Origin: Folioceros fuciformis
Taxonomy: Eukaryota
DNA: 64,000 bases
Reading direction: 5' to 3'
Assembly (NCBI GenBank): GCA_049999805.1
Contig: JBNGIO010006289.1
Location: forward strand, 601,141-665,140
In this document: one piece after another, positions 12,433-25,886 of the stretch
How positions within the stretch are numbered: position 1 is the first letter of the stretch
How the letters are laid out: the number at the start of each line of letters is the position of its first letter
Program-made: the position numbers and the translations under genes
The notes under the pieces: generated by a model
Database searches by the model: none
Told to the model about the DNA's origin: nothing
What the model saw: only the letters and a program-made list of their open reading frames with translations

Positions 12433-15400
12433 ATGTACGGGGGAGGTACTCTGCTCTTGCCCATCCTCTTCCTCGTCGTGTGCTGTTGCTATCGTTATCG
12501 CTATCGCTACTGCTGTTGCTCTGCTTGGCTTGGCTTGTTGCTAACCATGAGCTACATGGAACCGACCATGGCAGACGAGGTCTCGGCAATTGTGCTGGAT
12601 TTGGGGTCACATTCTTGTAAAGCTGGCTACGCAGGAGAAGATTTGCCCAAAGCTGTCTTTCCGTCTGTAAGCGCATTCCCCGTCACCCTGATTGCTTGAG
12701 CAGCCCAAAGTGTGAAAAAGTGCAATCGCCTTGACACCTGCTCCCTGCGTGATGCCGTGCAGGTGGTTGGGGCAATTGAGTTCACGGACGCTGCCAAAGC
12801 TGATGGCGACGTGGACGCCGCCGCCTTGAAGGCCCAAGAAGTAAACGCCAAGTCCGGCAGGAAGTTGTATTCTGGGATACAGGCTCTTGGCTATCGCCGA
12901 GATCATATGGAGGTGTAGCTTTGACATCCGACTTTGGGGAATGGTACCCACTTGCTTGCGAGCCTTGAGGTTGATGAAGGTTGCCTCTCGATGATGTGAC
13001 TATCAGGTCATTCCAGCCATGAAGGATGGACTCGTGTCAGATTGGGATGTTGTGGAGAGCATTTGGGAGCATGCTCTGAAGTGAGATGGATCCTCCTGTC
13101 TTATTCTGGGAAGTCATTGGCTTTATCTTTCAAGGTTTACGGCCAGTTGCCTAAACATGTTTGACAGGGATCGGCTGCTAGTGGAGCCGAAGGAGCACCC
13201 AATGCTGCTTGCAGAACCTTCATTCAATACGCAGCAACACAGAGAGAAGTACTATCACATCTCTGGGATTGGGTTTCTGTTGCCCTCATCAAGTGAAGGG
13301 TTTTTGAAGTTCGTGTATTTTTTCTTTGCAGGACTGTTGAGCTTATGTTCGAGAAGTATGGTGTTCCAGCCTTATTCCTTGCCAAGAATGCTGTGAGTTT
13401 ATGCTCTATGTTTCAGGCAAACTCAACTAGTTTGTGAGTTCGGAAACATGCACAAGGAATTCTGCAGCATTTCATGACAACGGTGTACCTGTGTTTCAGG
13501 TGTTAACGTCCTTTGCCTCTGGCCGAGCCACTTCGTTGGTTGTGGACTGGTCAGACTGCATACCTGGTCTGTCTCCTTTGGAATTGTTTCTATCACAGCT
13601 GACTGAATAGATAGCTACTGTTCCTAAATCGAAAGGAATTAAGGATAGACTTCTAGGTTTCACACGCATGTTGTGCTGTCTTATTTGGAGTATTGATCTC
13701 CTTGATTGCTGAGGAGGCGATGATTGTGGTAACGCTGTATGGTTGGTGGGTCTAGTGGTGGTGGCTCAACAACGGTAGCAGCTGTTCATGATGGATATGT
13801 TCTTCAAAAGGTGATTCTGTGTCATCTCTTCTTTGTGAACTGATCAGGCGTTATTTGCAGGGCTTTATGCATTCTGATGATAATTTGTTGGCTATCTTGG
13901 ATTTTGGAGAAAACCAGGCTATTGTAAGATCTCCAATTGGAGGGGAAGTGCTGACTGACTGCCTGCTAAAAACTTTAGAGAACAAGAGCATTGAGGTGAA
14001 CCCTAACCAAATGTTTTAATTGACCACTGTAAGTTGTAGCTGGACGTCTTGACATATTGGGTGGTTGCAGATAAAACCACGTTTCTCTTTCAAGCGCAAA
14101 GAAGTGCGGCCTGGGGAGTTTGAGGTAACTCATACTATCTCAGTCTTTTTTGGATTGTATGCTCGCTCTGGGCATTCTTCAGATGACAGAATGGGTCCTG
14201 TGTTGTCAACTTGAATGTAGTTGACCAGTTTGGACCACCCAAACACAACGGAAAGCTACTACAGATACATGCAGGTCGGTTCGTGGTCTTCAGTTGTTGT
14301 AATGGTTGTTATATCAGATACATGTTGTCCTACAGGTATTGAGCAAGATGGGATATCGTTTGACTTGATTTACCTGAGCTTCCACTTGTGAGCTGCAAAT
14401 TGTTTTGGTCTTGTGAACTCTTTGCAGAGAAGTATTGCAGCGGATGTAAAGGAATCAGTTTGTCGAGTCCCTGATATCACGTTCGATGGTGCGGTTCTGT
14501 TGACATTTCCTTTTCATTTGCTTCGCTGCAGCATATAAGGATCGCTTGTTCTAAGTTGGTGTTCTGTCTTCTGGCTCCAGAAAGCTCGTACGCAAATATT
14601 CCAACAACTCCGTATGAGCTACCTGATGGGCAGTGAGACCTCAACTTCTCAAGTGCGAATGTGTCGCTTGCTAGTACTACGTTCCACCCTGCTGACAACG
14701 CAACTGCGTTTGTTTTAGGATAATTGAAGTTGGAGCTGACAGATTTAAAATTCCAGACATCATGTTTAACCCGTCCCTTATCCAGGTCTGTTACTCTTGC
14801 TGAATGAGTCACGGGATGTGAGAGTTTCTGTCTGGGTTAGTGGTTGGTGAAAGCTTGTAATAGAGCATGATTGGTGCCACTTGCTCACCTTTTTCCTGTC
14901 CTGTATTCGTTGACAGACAATACCTGGAATGGAGTCTCCGTCACCTCTGCAGGGACTGCCTCAGATGGTCTGCTTCTTTTTGAAAGCCGTCGTCCTCATG
15001 AAAATGATTTCTGTGGTGGGTGGAACCGATTCCATGCTTATCTTGTAGTTTATTTGTAATACAGGTGATAGAGAGTATAAACAAGTGTGATGTTGATATC
15101 CGCCGTGAACTGTTCAGCAGCATTTTGGTAAGCGCGTTTGGAGGACGCGTAAGTCTTTTTTTCCTTTCGTAAGACGCTAGCATGTGCTTTTAGGGGTCAC
15201 AGCTCCACGTCCTGTTGTTTCAGCTTGCTGGAGGAGCAGCAGCAACGCAGCAAATGAAAGAGCGTTTGGAGAAAGAATTAGTTGAGGTATGATATGAGCC
15301 ACACCCTTGGTTTACTAGGAGTTAACGGGGTGGCCAGTTGTCTGAAGGCTCATCGTTGATGCGTCCAGGAGGCACCTCAAGCTGCAAGAGTAAAGGTTCT

Positions 15401-15738
15401 AGCAAGTGGAAATGCCATGGAACGGCGATTCAGGTAGTTTCTTGTTTTGGTTTTCATGGAGTAGAAAATTGTTTCACGGTGTCCGCCATGTCGTACAGAC
15501 GTTTTGTTCCGCTGCGGGGTTGGTAATAGCTCTCCGTCCGTGCAGTGTGTGGATAGGTGGCAGCATCCTCGCTTCTTTGGGATCCTTTCAGCAAATGTGG
15601 CTTTCTAAGCAAGAGTACGTGTTGATACGATGCACTTCCTGTGGCTCAGAGAAGAGTCACTCAGTTCTTTAAGTCATTGCATTGATGTGCAGATTTGAGG
15701 AGCACGGTCCAGCGTACGTGCAGAGGAAGTGTCCGTGA
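12433..15738 (+). CDS. ARP4: Actin-related protein 4 (nuclear ARP), many short exons
   Basis: [99 protein letters not shown] and a C-terminal VQRKCP*. Confidence 0.95.
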
Positions 15739-15931
15739 TTCTATGCAATGCCATGGTTCTGTGCAAGCCGCGTTGAGCACATGGATGCAACTAGCAACAC
15801 CAACAAGAGGGCACATGAAATTTGCTTTCTTGTAGAGGACGATGCTTGTCGTAAGATGAAAGGCAACTGGTGTTGACACAATCAATTGACAGGGAGACGA
15901 GATTCTAGGAAAAGATGATGGTTGCCATTGA

Positions 15932-18900
15932 TCAGCAACCTCTGATAGTTGGCAAAAGCTTTGCTGCACATTTGCTATCCATGTCCAACACAGTGTCTCC
16001 CTCCACGTAATGCACCCACAGGGCATCTTTTGGAGACTTGGGTGGAGGTAAAATCTCAGCAAGTTGAGAGAACTCTCCCCTGCTGAGGACAGAGTGATCA
16101 CTCCTGTCAGCCGCACTGTACGCCACGTCGGCCACAAGGATCCAAACAAGGTCTCCATCAATTTGTGACAAAGCGACCAAGGCCTCACTCACTCTGTCAT
16201 ACATACTCGGGACCATACAACCGAGCCCTAAGATCCATGACGCCAGGACTCCAACGACCCCCTCCAAGGCTGGTGCACTCTTCTTCCTCCCAGCTATCGA
16301 CGTTACACACTGCAGCACAGCTTCCTGAACTTGGGCAACCTCTACTGACGAAGAATGATGTTCTCGCCCTCTAGGGTCCCCTTGTACATTCCTCCCTGTG
16401 AAAACGCTCTCGCTGGACCTGTAAAGCATCATCTTTGATACTGTACCAGTGAAAGGTTGATTGTGAAGAAGCTTTACAATAAATGGCAAAGCATCCTTCT
16501 TCATTCGACGTGCAAAAAACTCCCCTCCACATTGATGTGTTGCGGTGGCTATAACTGCAAGCGCCCTGATCACAACCTGTAAAAATCAAACACTATGAGT
16601 ACAAAGCATTCCACTTCGCAGCTGTTCATTCAACTCGATGCAAGAACACGCTTACCGAAGACTTCCTATGCTGCAAAGTCGTTACTAGATGAGGCCAAAG
16701 ACGATGCATCGTTGGTAATAGTTTCATCCCAACGTTGTCGGATTCATGGTTTGCTTCAGGTATGCTCCGGTGCTCTTTGACGTACTGCTTAGTCGATTTA
16801 TCGACGCCTTGTATTGCCTCAAAGCCAGCCAAAGAGGATATGCCATACTGCAGGCAATGGGACCCAACGAAGATGGCCTAGCGTTAGAGGGGCTGGTTGA
16901 ACAAACATGCAACGCAGAGACGGTCAATCTACTAGACTAAGTTAGCAGAACATTTTCCTTCAACGTGACACACGAGTACACCCACCTCTACCGTGTCAAG
17001 AGCAAGGAGGCATATTTGCTGTTCCTTTGATGCGAGAAGAGGACCACAAGTCAAAATGCATGAAGCTGCAATAGAGCCAATACAACGGCAAGATTTCTCT
17101 CTGTCCTCCAGCTCAACCACTGCTTCATCAAGTGCTTGGTCTCTTTCCTCGAGGGACAAACGTGATGCCTCAAGAACCCTTTGAGCACATCCTGCAGCTC
17201 TGGAGGCCGCTAAAAGACCTTCCTGTTGTGCTGCCTTGCTTATCTCCCGTAGACCCTGGACATCAATTCAGAGTTTGGGTTATGGAAACCAGTCGTCAGG
17301 CGTCCCCGGCATTGATAGGAAAAACGTACCCGTAGCAATGGCACAGTATACTGTGGATGCTGCTGTCTCGCAGGAATCTCCAGTTCAAGTTGAACACTTC
17401 GCATCTGATAGGCAGTGTACCGAACGCTGGTCAAATGAATTAATCAGGCCAACAGGCACATTACATGGAATGAACAGGAAAACTCAGGGAAAGGCTACAT
17501 ACAGGCTCTTCAAGAAGTGGCAAAAGATCATGGGCTGCGCCAGTATGACGAAGAATGGCTGCCAAAAGGTTTGGAGCGTTGGGATACAAAGCAAAATGCC
17601 TCAGTTGCCGGCATAAAGAGTCTATAATGTGGTCTGCATTTACCATCACAAGAGCCTTGACCTACATAAGCAAGACCAACGTTCAGAGAAAAGTTTGAGC
17701 ACAAGTGACAAAATAGAAATACGTGCACCAAGATGAAACCCAGATATACCGAGCTATATCCACAATGCATACAGATTGTCCGTAGAACAACATCTGCAGC
17801 ATTGCTGACATTATTGGAGCCACAGCCGAGCCTCTCCAACAAAGCATATAACACCAATCCTAGGAAGCCGTGGTCATCGAACAACTTTCCCAAAGAAAGT
17901 GCGAATACCCCCAATCCTTCTACTAGAACCTGCCAAAATAGTAACCTACACAGGATTACCATGCATTGAATCTTCCACCACAAAGACTTGCGTAAGGACA
18001 AACATGATAAACACTGCGCGGAAGGAGGCAAAAACCTGCTGTAACATTCCAATGTCTTCTGTAAGGCTTAAAGGAGTACCACCATTTTCATCCACAAGAC
18101 TACCGTCACTGAAAGGATCCCATATCTCAGAAACCATGTAGTCATGGATAACATCCCCCACCAAATTGACAATCGATTTCCTTCCAAGATTACGGTCTGT
18201 TTGACCCCAACCCTCAAATAGGTAATGAACAACTGCGGGTGTTGTCAACCCAGCACTGGGAAGCCAGCCCTGGCCAAATATAAATGCTTCACTTGGCGCG
18301 GAATGCCCAAACATTGCAAAGAGGGCATCAGTCCAGACTCCGGAGGCCCCATATATAATTTCATTCAGTAGGACAACTGCTGTGGCGGCTGTCCGAACAT
18401 GATGGCCAGCTCCAAACATTGCACCTGACCTTGTCTGTGCAATCACATTCCTGCTGTCGGATTCTCGAGCAATTTGTCGGAGAGTATCTAGAAGAGGCTC
18501 CACGATCTTCAAAACAGCCACTCCATCTGACATTCCTGCTCAGATCCGACAATTCTATGAGCCGGATGTACAGAAAATTAGACGAGCGTGCACCACGCCC
18601 AAATCTGGACTCATAAATGTTAACTAACCTGTGGCAGCAGAAAGCCCAGCAAGTCTAAGGATGTACGAAACATTTGTATACAATGAACTGCCGCCTGTAC
18701 GTACTAGCCACGGAGGCATTCTAGGTAGCTTGTCTACTGCAGTCACATCTCCGACAGATTGCATTGTTGGCAACTGCTTCGGACTTACGTCTTCTATTAG
18801 GGGCGTATACACATTACTTGACGAGGAACCCACATGTGCATGGTCTACCGTAAGAAGGTGGCTGAACGACCCAGACAAAGCTGTACTGAAGCTCAAACAT

Positions 18901-21720
18901 TGAGTCATGGCATTGACAAAGCGTGCAATTAGCACCTGCGTTCAGAATCAAGGTGAGGGATGTGAGGCAGCAGAAGAACCTATCAGAACCCAATATACAA
19001 TCCTCGGATAAAAGCTCACCGGTGAATTCAGCAACTCCAGTGAAACAGTGTCAGGTCCGGCAAAGAACATAGCTGCAGCCAACTGGCGTGCATAGAGGAC
19101 TGCAACCTTCTCGTCTGATAGATACAAAGATCTTGGAAGCTTGTCTACCAGCCTGTTGTACGAGGAACAAACCCATCAGGTCAGACACAGTAATATCTAC
19201 GAAGAACTTCTAATGCCCTTGAGAAAGTTACAAGAAGAGCATAACATGTACTTCAGCCATCAATCCTGCTGCACTTTAGAATCAAGACGAACCCTAGACC
19301 AGAGTCATAATAAAGAATGTAGTACCTTCCCATCACGTCAACAAGACCGACGCTCAGTGATTTCAAACTCATATCCTCCAAACCATTCTCTTGTCTGGGC
19401 GAATGCCTTGGCATTGAGTGATAAGACACTGATACCAACGCTGCAAGATGAGTACAAGCTGCACAAGCTACTTGCTTCCAGTCATCACAAGCCAATGACA
19501 GCAGGCATTCCTGCACAAAATTGCTGCTCTTTAGTGGTTCTGCAGTATGGCTTGCAGAGGACAGGAATCAGTGCAGGTTTATCACAAACGAATTTAATCA
19601 CAGTCTAAATCCTGACTCTCTGCGCCACCTCAAATCGCATTCACAAAGCAAACCTAACCATCAAACCACCATACTCCTACCAGCAGCAATTGTGTGCAGT
19701 TTGCCAACGTTCTTGTACAGGCCTTGAGAAAAAGAGATGTGACATCAACCACCGTGAGCCTGATAGTAGGTGCTGGATGCGCACATAACTAAAGTTACAA
19801 GTGCATAACAAACAGTCAGATATTGTGTAAATCATCAATACTGTGCTGTCCATGATACTTGGTGCAAACCAAGCAAAGCTTTAGGAGAAAAAGCTCACCA
19901 ATGGCATGACTCTTGTTAGGAGTTTGTTAATATTGCCCGTAGTCGACTGCACCCATTCTTTGTCTCTCTCCAGACGAAAGTCAGCTACATCGGGATCTAT
20001 ACTTACCTTTGAGGTAGATGCCTCAATTGCTTGTTGCTTTTGTTTGCCTTCAATTCCTGAGGGCCCAAAAGTTGATTCTGTCATAATAGCTGGAGATCTG
20101 CTTTCCGATTCAGATCCTTTCTGAAGAGAGACAGACACTGCACGCAGCCTTGCCAAGGCAACATCCACAGAGACCAGACTGTTTGGCAACTCTACACTTA
20201 ATGCTTGACTGGGCAAGCCGTCCTGAGAGGTTGCACTATTTTGGGCATCTCCCAACACAAACAGAATTATCTCAGCCATGGCCCTGAGCGATTCCTCTAG
20301 CGCAACTGGGCTTCCAGCGGCACCTGAAGTGTAAGACGGGATAGAACTTGCACCGTGTTTCTTTGCAATTCTCATGCCCTTTACAAGACTGCTTGCCACC
20401 CCTGGCAAGAAGAAGGAGAGAGCGTCTGCAGACCCAACCTGTGAACATGTCAGCAACTGAATGCTTTGTAGCTTGACGTGCCCATTCTCTCCAAAAACCT
20501 CTGCTTCCCCCAGGCACATACCTTCCACAAAAGAGCACGAAGAGTGGATAATGCATCCCCACGCAGCTTCGAACTGCCCAATGCTCCACGAACAGCTTCT
20601 CCTTCAGAGATCTGTTCAAACGGCAAATCAGCTTGCATAAAACCACAGACATTGACATGGATAACAGATACGAGGAAGAAGAATGTCGTATGAAACCTTC
20701 AGGAGCAAATCGAGTATATATCCAATAGTGGAAGCCATCCCCTCTGAGTGGAACGAAGCCAAGAGGCAACCATTCACTATCTGAGAGTCCCCAGCTTCAG
20801 CAACTTTCATGGAGGCCGTCGCCACATACTGCACGTAAAATTGAAGCTCGTCGTTGTGAAGTGGCGGCGTTGACAGGAGGTGGCAAACACATCGTGAGTC
20901 TCCACATGGCTTCAGTGATAAGAAGGTTGCGCGTAGGCACTTGACTGCCCCATGTCTAAATTCTTCAGATGCTTGAGATGGCAATAGCGCAGCAGCTCCA
21001 GATAATTTCCTCAACACTGTTGCCATCTGATGAAACAGGCCCAAATTTTGAGAAAGATCCTCGTCAGAAAACCATTTGGCTGCTCGAAAGAGTGAAGAAG
21101 CGGATTTCGGCACAACGGTTGCATTCCTACTCGTCTAAAATCAGAAAATGAGCCAGTGCCCAGTGCCATCAACCTGGTCATGACTTTGTACAGGGCATCT
21201 CCGCAGCAGCATCTCCAAGCACGATAACACACCTTCGGCCGTCGTGTCACGTATCAAATTGACAGTGGTGTGGCCGGCAGATGACCTGGTGGCCACTGCC
21301 GCGTCCAGCAGCAGAAACAAAGGGAAGAGTACGTATCTGAAGACCAGACACAAGCAGAAAAAGCACAAAAATTTGAGCAGAGGAAGCGCAGATTGCCGCG
21401 ACAATCCATCAAACAGAATCAGAGGCAAAGACGAGGTTGAGGCCATACTCCATGCAGGGTTGCAATCCAGAGAGTGGCACGTCTGCAAGCAGTGACTCGA
21501 GGGAGTGCAGGAGGTCAGTGGGTGATGCCACTGCACCTGTGGGGATGTGAAGCAGCTGCGTGCACAGCGGGCGAAGCAATTGGAAGGCGCGGCGAGCATC
21601 ATCCTCACGATCAGCATCATCCTGGCTCCCTTGGTTGTGCTGCCGTCGCGCCTCAGTTTCGGGAAACATGGCGCTTGCCTTCCTGATGGCGGTATCAGGA
21701 TCGTTCACCAGCTCCGTCAT
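15932..21720 (-). CDS. TTI1: TELO2-interacting protein 1 homolog (HEAT/ARM-repeat TTT complex subunit), multi-exon
   Basis: Long helical-repeat protein across many exons: AFQLLRPLC, YVLFPLFLLLDAAV, SEEFRHG, ADALSFFLPGVAS, NADHIIDSLCRQLRH, LLPTMHRLWP, GGEFFARR. These resemble plant TTI1 as recalled. Start is either 21720 or 21669. Confidence 0.82.
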
Positions 21721-21951
21721 AAGCGTATAGTGGACGAGGCACAAATCGAAGAATTCCTGTCATGGTAATCGGCCTGGCTGCAGCTCAGGTCAAGCACTGG
21801 CAGAGACTGATGATAGTGGGTAGCAAACAGTTTAACCTAATGGTTCGTCTCGCGGCTCCCATAACGGCTGGCTTTCACGGCGGAAGGAACTTCAACCGTT
21901 GGCACTGGAGCCATCGTGTGCTGGGCTGAGCTTTCTCCTCCGCGAGCGCCT

Positions 21952-22689
21952 ATGGGGGCAGGGAAGAGGCTAGTGCCGGGGGTGTCACCCGAGGATGCCG
22001 ATTTTCCATCAGCTCTGCCTCCCAGCCCAACACGCTCCTGTGCTGGTCTGGACGATGAGTTACTGGAACTTGACAGCGCAGAAGCCGAATCGGATCAGTT
22101 CACCTCCGTGGTATCCATGCTGAACGCCATCGACATCCAAACCTACCACCTGCATCCGCAGCCGGTGGGGGGCAACAGGCCAGTACTCCGGCCTTCTGCC
22201 CAGGAGATTGCTCACACGAAGCAGGAGCCCCGCGGTGAGCTTAAGAAGTCCACACCATTAGCTTTCGACGAGTACGAAGCCAGGATTCTGGCCTTGAGCA
22301 AGCAGAAACCATCCTCGGAAAGCGTCCTCCTCAAGGCGTGCATCACGCCGGACAACATCCTAGAGCACATTCGAGATTATGTGAAGCAGCGTCCCGAGCT
22401 GGCATGCCTCACCTTGGAGGAAACCCTCCTGGCAATGCTACGATCTGAAAGTTACTACCCGGGACCCCACTGGCTGGTCAGGCCAGCCAGTGAGATGGAC
22501 GTGGAGAGGGCCGACGTCCTGTGGCGTTGCATGCTAGATCCTTCCAGCATGGAGATAGACGATGTGGAAATGATCTTCTTCGAGGAGAAAGGCAGTCCAG
22601 AGCCGGGGCAGTGGGAAGGAGTCGTGACAGAGGCCGATTCTGCTCCTTCTTCCATGACCGGAGCAGATCAAACGCAAATCCAGATCTAG
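21952..22689 (+). CDS. Hypothetical intronless protein (~245 aa), no family recognised
   Basis: Uninterrupted ORF from the first ATG at 21952, with protein-like composition (acidic termini, helical-looking core), head-to-head with TTI1. Confidence 0.6.
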   Translation: MGAGKRLVPGVSPEDADFPSALPPSPTRSCAGLDDELLELDSAEAESDQFTSVVSMLNAIDIQTYHLHPQPVGGNRPVLRPSAQEIAHTKQEPRGELKKSTPLAFDEYEARILALSKQKPSSESVLLKACITPDNILEHIRDYVKQRPELACLTLEETLLAMLRSESYYPGPHWLVRPASEMDVERADVLWRCMLDPSSMEIDDVEMIFFEEKGSPEPGQWEGVVTEADSAPSSMTGADQTQIQI

Positions 22690-23340
22690 CCCCAATCCAC
22701 ACACATACATATATACCTATTGCATGAGGACTTGGAGGCTGTCGGAAGTTTGTTCCCGCAGTGCAGAATCTGCACCACCTGGAGATGTAACGGGTCTCCA
22801 ACTCACCGCAAAATAGCCTACCTACACGAAGACATCTTCGTACTGTACGCACAAAAATGGAAGAAAGAAAACAAAGCAAATTTTCGTTGTTTATGATCTC
22901 TCCTGACCCTTGACGATAGTGATGCTTCACAATGCCACAAAAACAAGAATGGCGCTCGTGGTCCGAGGAGACCAGAACTTCTAAGTCTAGGTCTGCAAGG
23001 GTGAAGGGATTGAAGGCTGCCTTGTGGCCCTGCCCTGGATGTGTGCGTGGTCCGCAACGTTCTGTACTACCGGGACTATCTACAGACTAGGATGCGAGAT
23101 TGAAACCTCCTACTCTACTGTACTTGGAGAGTTCTGCGTTCACGCGGAATCGGGCCAGGCACTCTAACAAAAGGACAAGCTAAAGTAGTGAAGTAGGTGA
23201 CTAGTAAGTAGAATGTGCACTTAACTTAGCACGGTGCTCATCTGGGATTGTGTTGGTGCGTAAGGGTGAGCGACGTTTCTGGGCTAGGAAGTGTATAAGT
23301 ATCGGCTGCTGCCAAGGACGGTGTTGTGACAGAGGCAGAA

Positions 23341-25265
23341 ATGAGGCGTGTGCACGGATTGCGGGAGGTGAGCTCCTGGCTGCGCTCCGCGCTGTGCGCG
23401 CCCTCCACCAGCAGCAGCCATGGAGCTGCCGCGACTCTGCTGCAACAACAGCGTGGTTACGCTGCCGATTCCTCCCCGATCTCCATCGACATCGCTGTTC
23501 CTTTCAAGGCTCACAAATGTGAGCCTCCCAGCCAGCAGGTGACCACCAGCGGGGAGGAGCTCCTGGGGTTCTTCCGGACAATGTTTGTGATGCGCAGGAT
23601 GGAGATCGCCGCTGATTCCTTGTACAAGAGCAAATTTATCCGCGGATTTTGCCACCTGTACGACGGCCAGGAGGCGGTGTGCGTGGGAATGGAGGCCTCG
23701 CTCACCCCCAAGGACTGCGTCATCACTGCCTACCGAGACCACTGTACACACCTCGGTCGCGGGGGTACGCTCCTCGAGGTTTTTGCCGAGTTGATGGGCC
23801 GGAAAGACGGCTGTTCTTTGGGGAAAGGAGGCTCCATGCACATGTACAAGAAGTCGGGGGGCTTCTACGGCGGCAACGGGATTGTCGGTGCGCAAACGCC
23901 CCTGGGTGCTGGCCTTGCCTTTGCGCAGAAGTATCTCAAGGTGGAAGGCGTTACTCTCACTCTCTATGGGGACGGGGCTGCGAATCAGGGTCAGCTGTTT
24001 GAGGCCATGAATATGGCCGCTCTGTGGGATCTACCTGTTATTTTCGTTTGCGAGAACAACCACTGTGAGTTGGCGCTGCTCTCCGCCTCTCGCTCCATTC
24101 TCTCTCTCAGTTTGGATGTGTGACGGATTGGTCAAGCAGTTTCAAGCTGATCCGACTGGGATTTCTTCCTTTTTTTTCGTGCAGATGGAATGGGGACAGC
24201 GGAGTGGCGCTCAGCGAAGAGTCCCGAGTATTACAGTCGAGGCGACTATGTGCCTGGTCTCAAGGTTAGGTTTTGCCTGTATAAATTGGTTGGTGACTAT
24301 GAGACCAATGTTCTCACGACCCAATTCCCCAAGTTTGGTGTCTCGTCTCTGTTCATTGTCTTGTGCATCTGACGGAGTGCCTGTATCCTTGATAATTCTC
24401 AGGTGGATGGTATGGATGCCCTAGCAGTGAAGCAGGCCGTGAACTATGCTAGAAGTCATGCACTTACCAAAGGCCCATTTGTAAGAGCCTGCAAATCCCG
24501 AAGACAGGATTTTTGATTGATTTGTTACCACGTTCCTTGACTCAACTGACAAGGTTGGGCAAACAGGTGATGGAAATGGATACGTACAGATATCATGGAC
24601 ACTCCATGTCAGATCCTGGTAGCACGTACCGAACAAGAGATGAGATTGCTGGAATCCGGCAGGTCTGGTTTAAACACGTCGGCCTTTGAAGGCACAGGAG
24701 TGCTGCACCAGCATGATCATCAGATGGATTAACCATATCTGTTTGCTTGCATGAGCAGGAACGTGATCCCATTGAGAGAATAAGGAAGTTACTGCTGGCC
24801 CATGATATCGTCACAGCAAATGACATCAAGGTACCCTTGCTCCGGTTTCCTGATTGCAATCTGGTTTTTGACACTTCCATATGCTAACTTCGTGTTCACG
24901 TCTCTTAGAATATCGAGAAGGAAGCCAAGAAGGAGGTCGACGATGCACTAGCTAAAGCTAAGGTTTGATCGTCAGTTTGATCAATTTGGTCCTCGATCTT
25001 GCTAAGCATTTTGTTTGGTTCCCTTTCTGAGGGTTCTCTTGTTGTTGTGGCTATTTCATCTCAGGAAAGCCCGCAACCAGACCCCTCGGAACTTTTCTCA
25101 AACATCTATGTCAAAGGTCTGGGGGCGGAGGTAAGGGGGCACTTCATGCTTCAGAGGTTTTTGCAATTACTATGGTCTTTGTTAGCATCGAGATCTCATT
25201 TCACTCTTGAATGTGCACAGGCATATGGGTGTGACCGCAAGGAAGTTGTTGTGACGCTGCCGTGA
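23341..25265 (+). CDS. Pyruvate dehydrogenase E1 alpha subunit, mitochondrial, canonical land-plant type (8 exons)
   Basis: [82 protein letters not shown] and a C-terminal [12 protein letters not shown]. Confidence 0.96.
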
Positions 25266-25886
25266 GCAATCAGCAACCCATTTCATTTTTCGTTGTTTAA
25301 GTCCCTAAACTGCGTTTAGGAGCATGCCAAATGTACCAAGGGCGGGTAGACGGTGTCCAATGTGGTTGGAGCTTCAGGGTAGTGGTGGCCTGTTCGCACA
25401 CGTACTCGATTTGGTCAAATCTATATCTAATTTAGAGTTGAATGTACGTCATTTGCCTGACGTCATTGGTCGTCTGTGTCATTGATGCACAGGAGTCCTA
25501 GTGAGAAAGCGCCTAACAATCGCGATAAATTAAGAGAGAATGTTCCCAGCTGGACAGTTAACCTCTGCATATTCCATTCACTTTAGATCTTTGAGTACTC
25601 CAACGATTGTGAAACACAGGGCTAAGCGGTGCTCTATCTCACTACCTGTGCTAATGGGAATTAGGACGACTAGCATAGAAGGGGAAATTAATTTCCACTT
25701 TATGTATACTTGCCTTCATCAGCTATGTGTCTCGGCTAGGTCCTATAAATCAAATATTGAAGTAAATCATATGCCTTCATGGTCATGATAGGGACTACAA
25801 ATCCAAGGAAGCATGCACGTACATGGGTGGCAAGCGCAACGGCTAAAGTGCACGCCAGGATGCCCCCAATTGGGGCATTGCTCACA

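Noticed and set aside
21800-21930. Possible box C/D snoRNA (TGATGA at ~21808, CTGA at ~21927)
   Set aside because: No terminal stem or recognisable rRNA-complementary guide; the motifs are too short to be significant.
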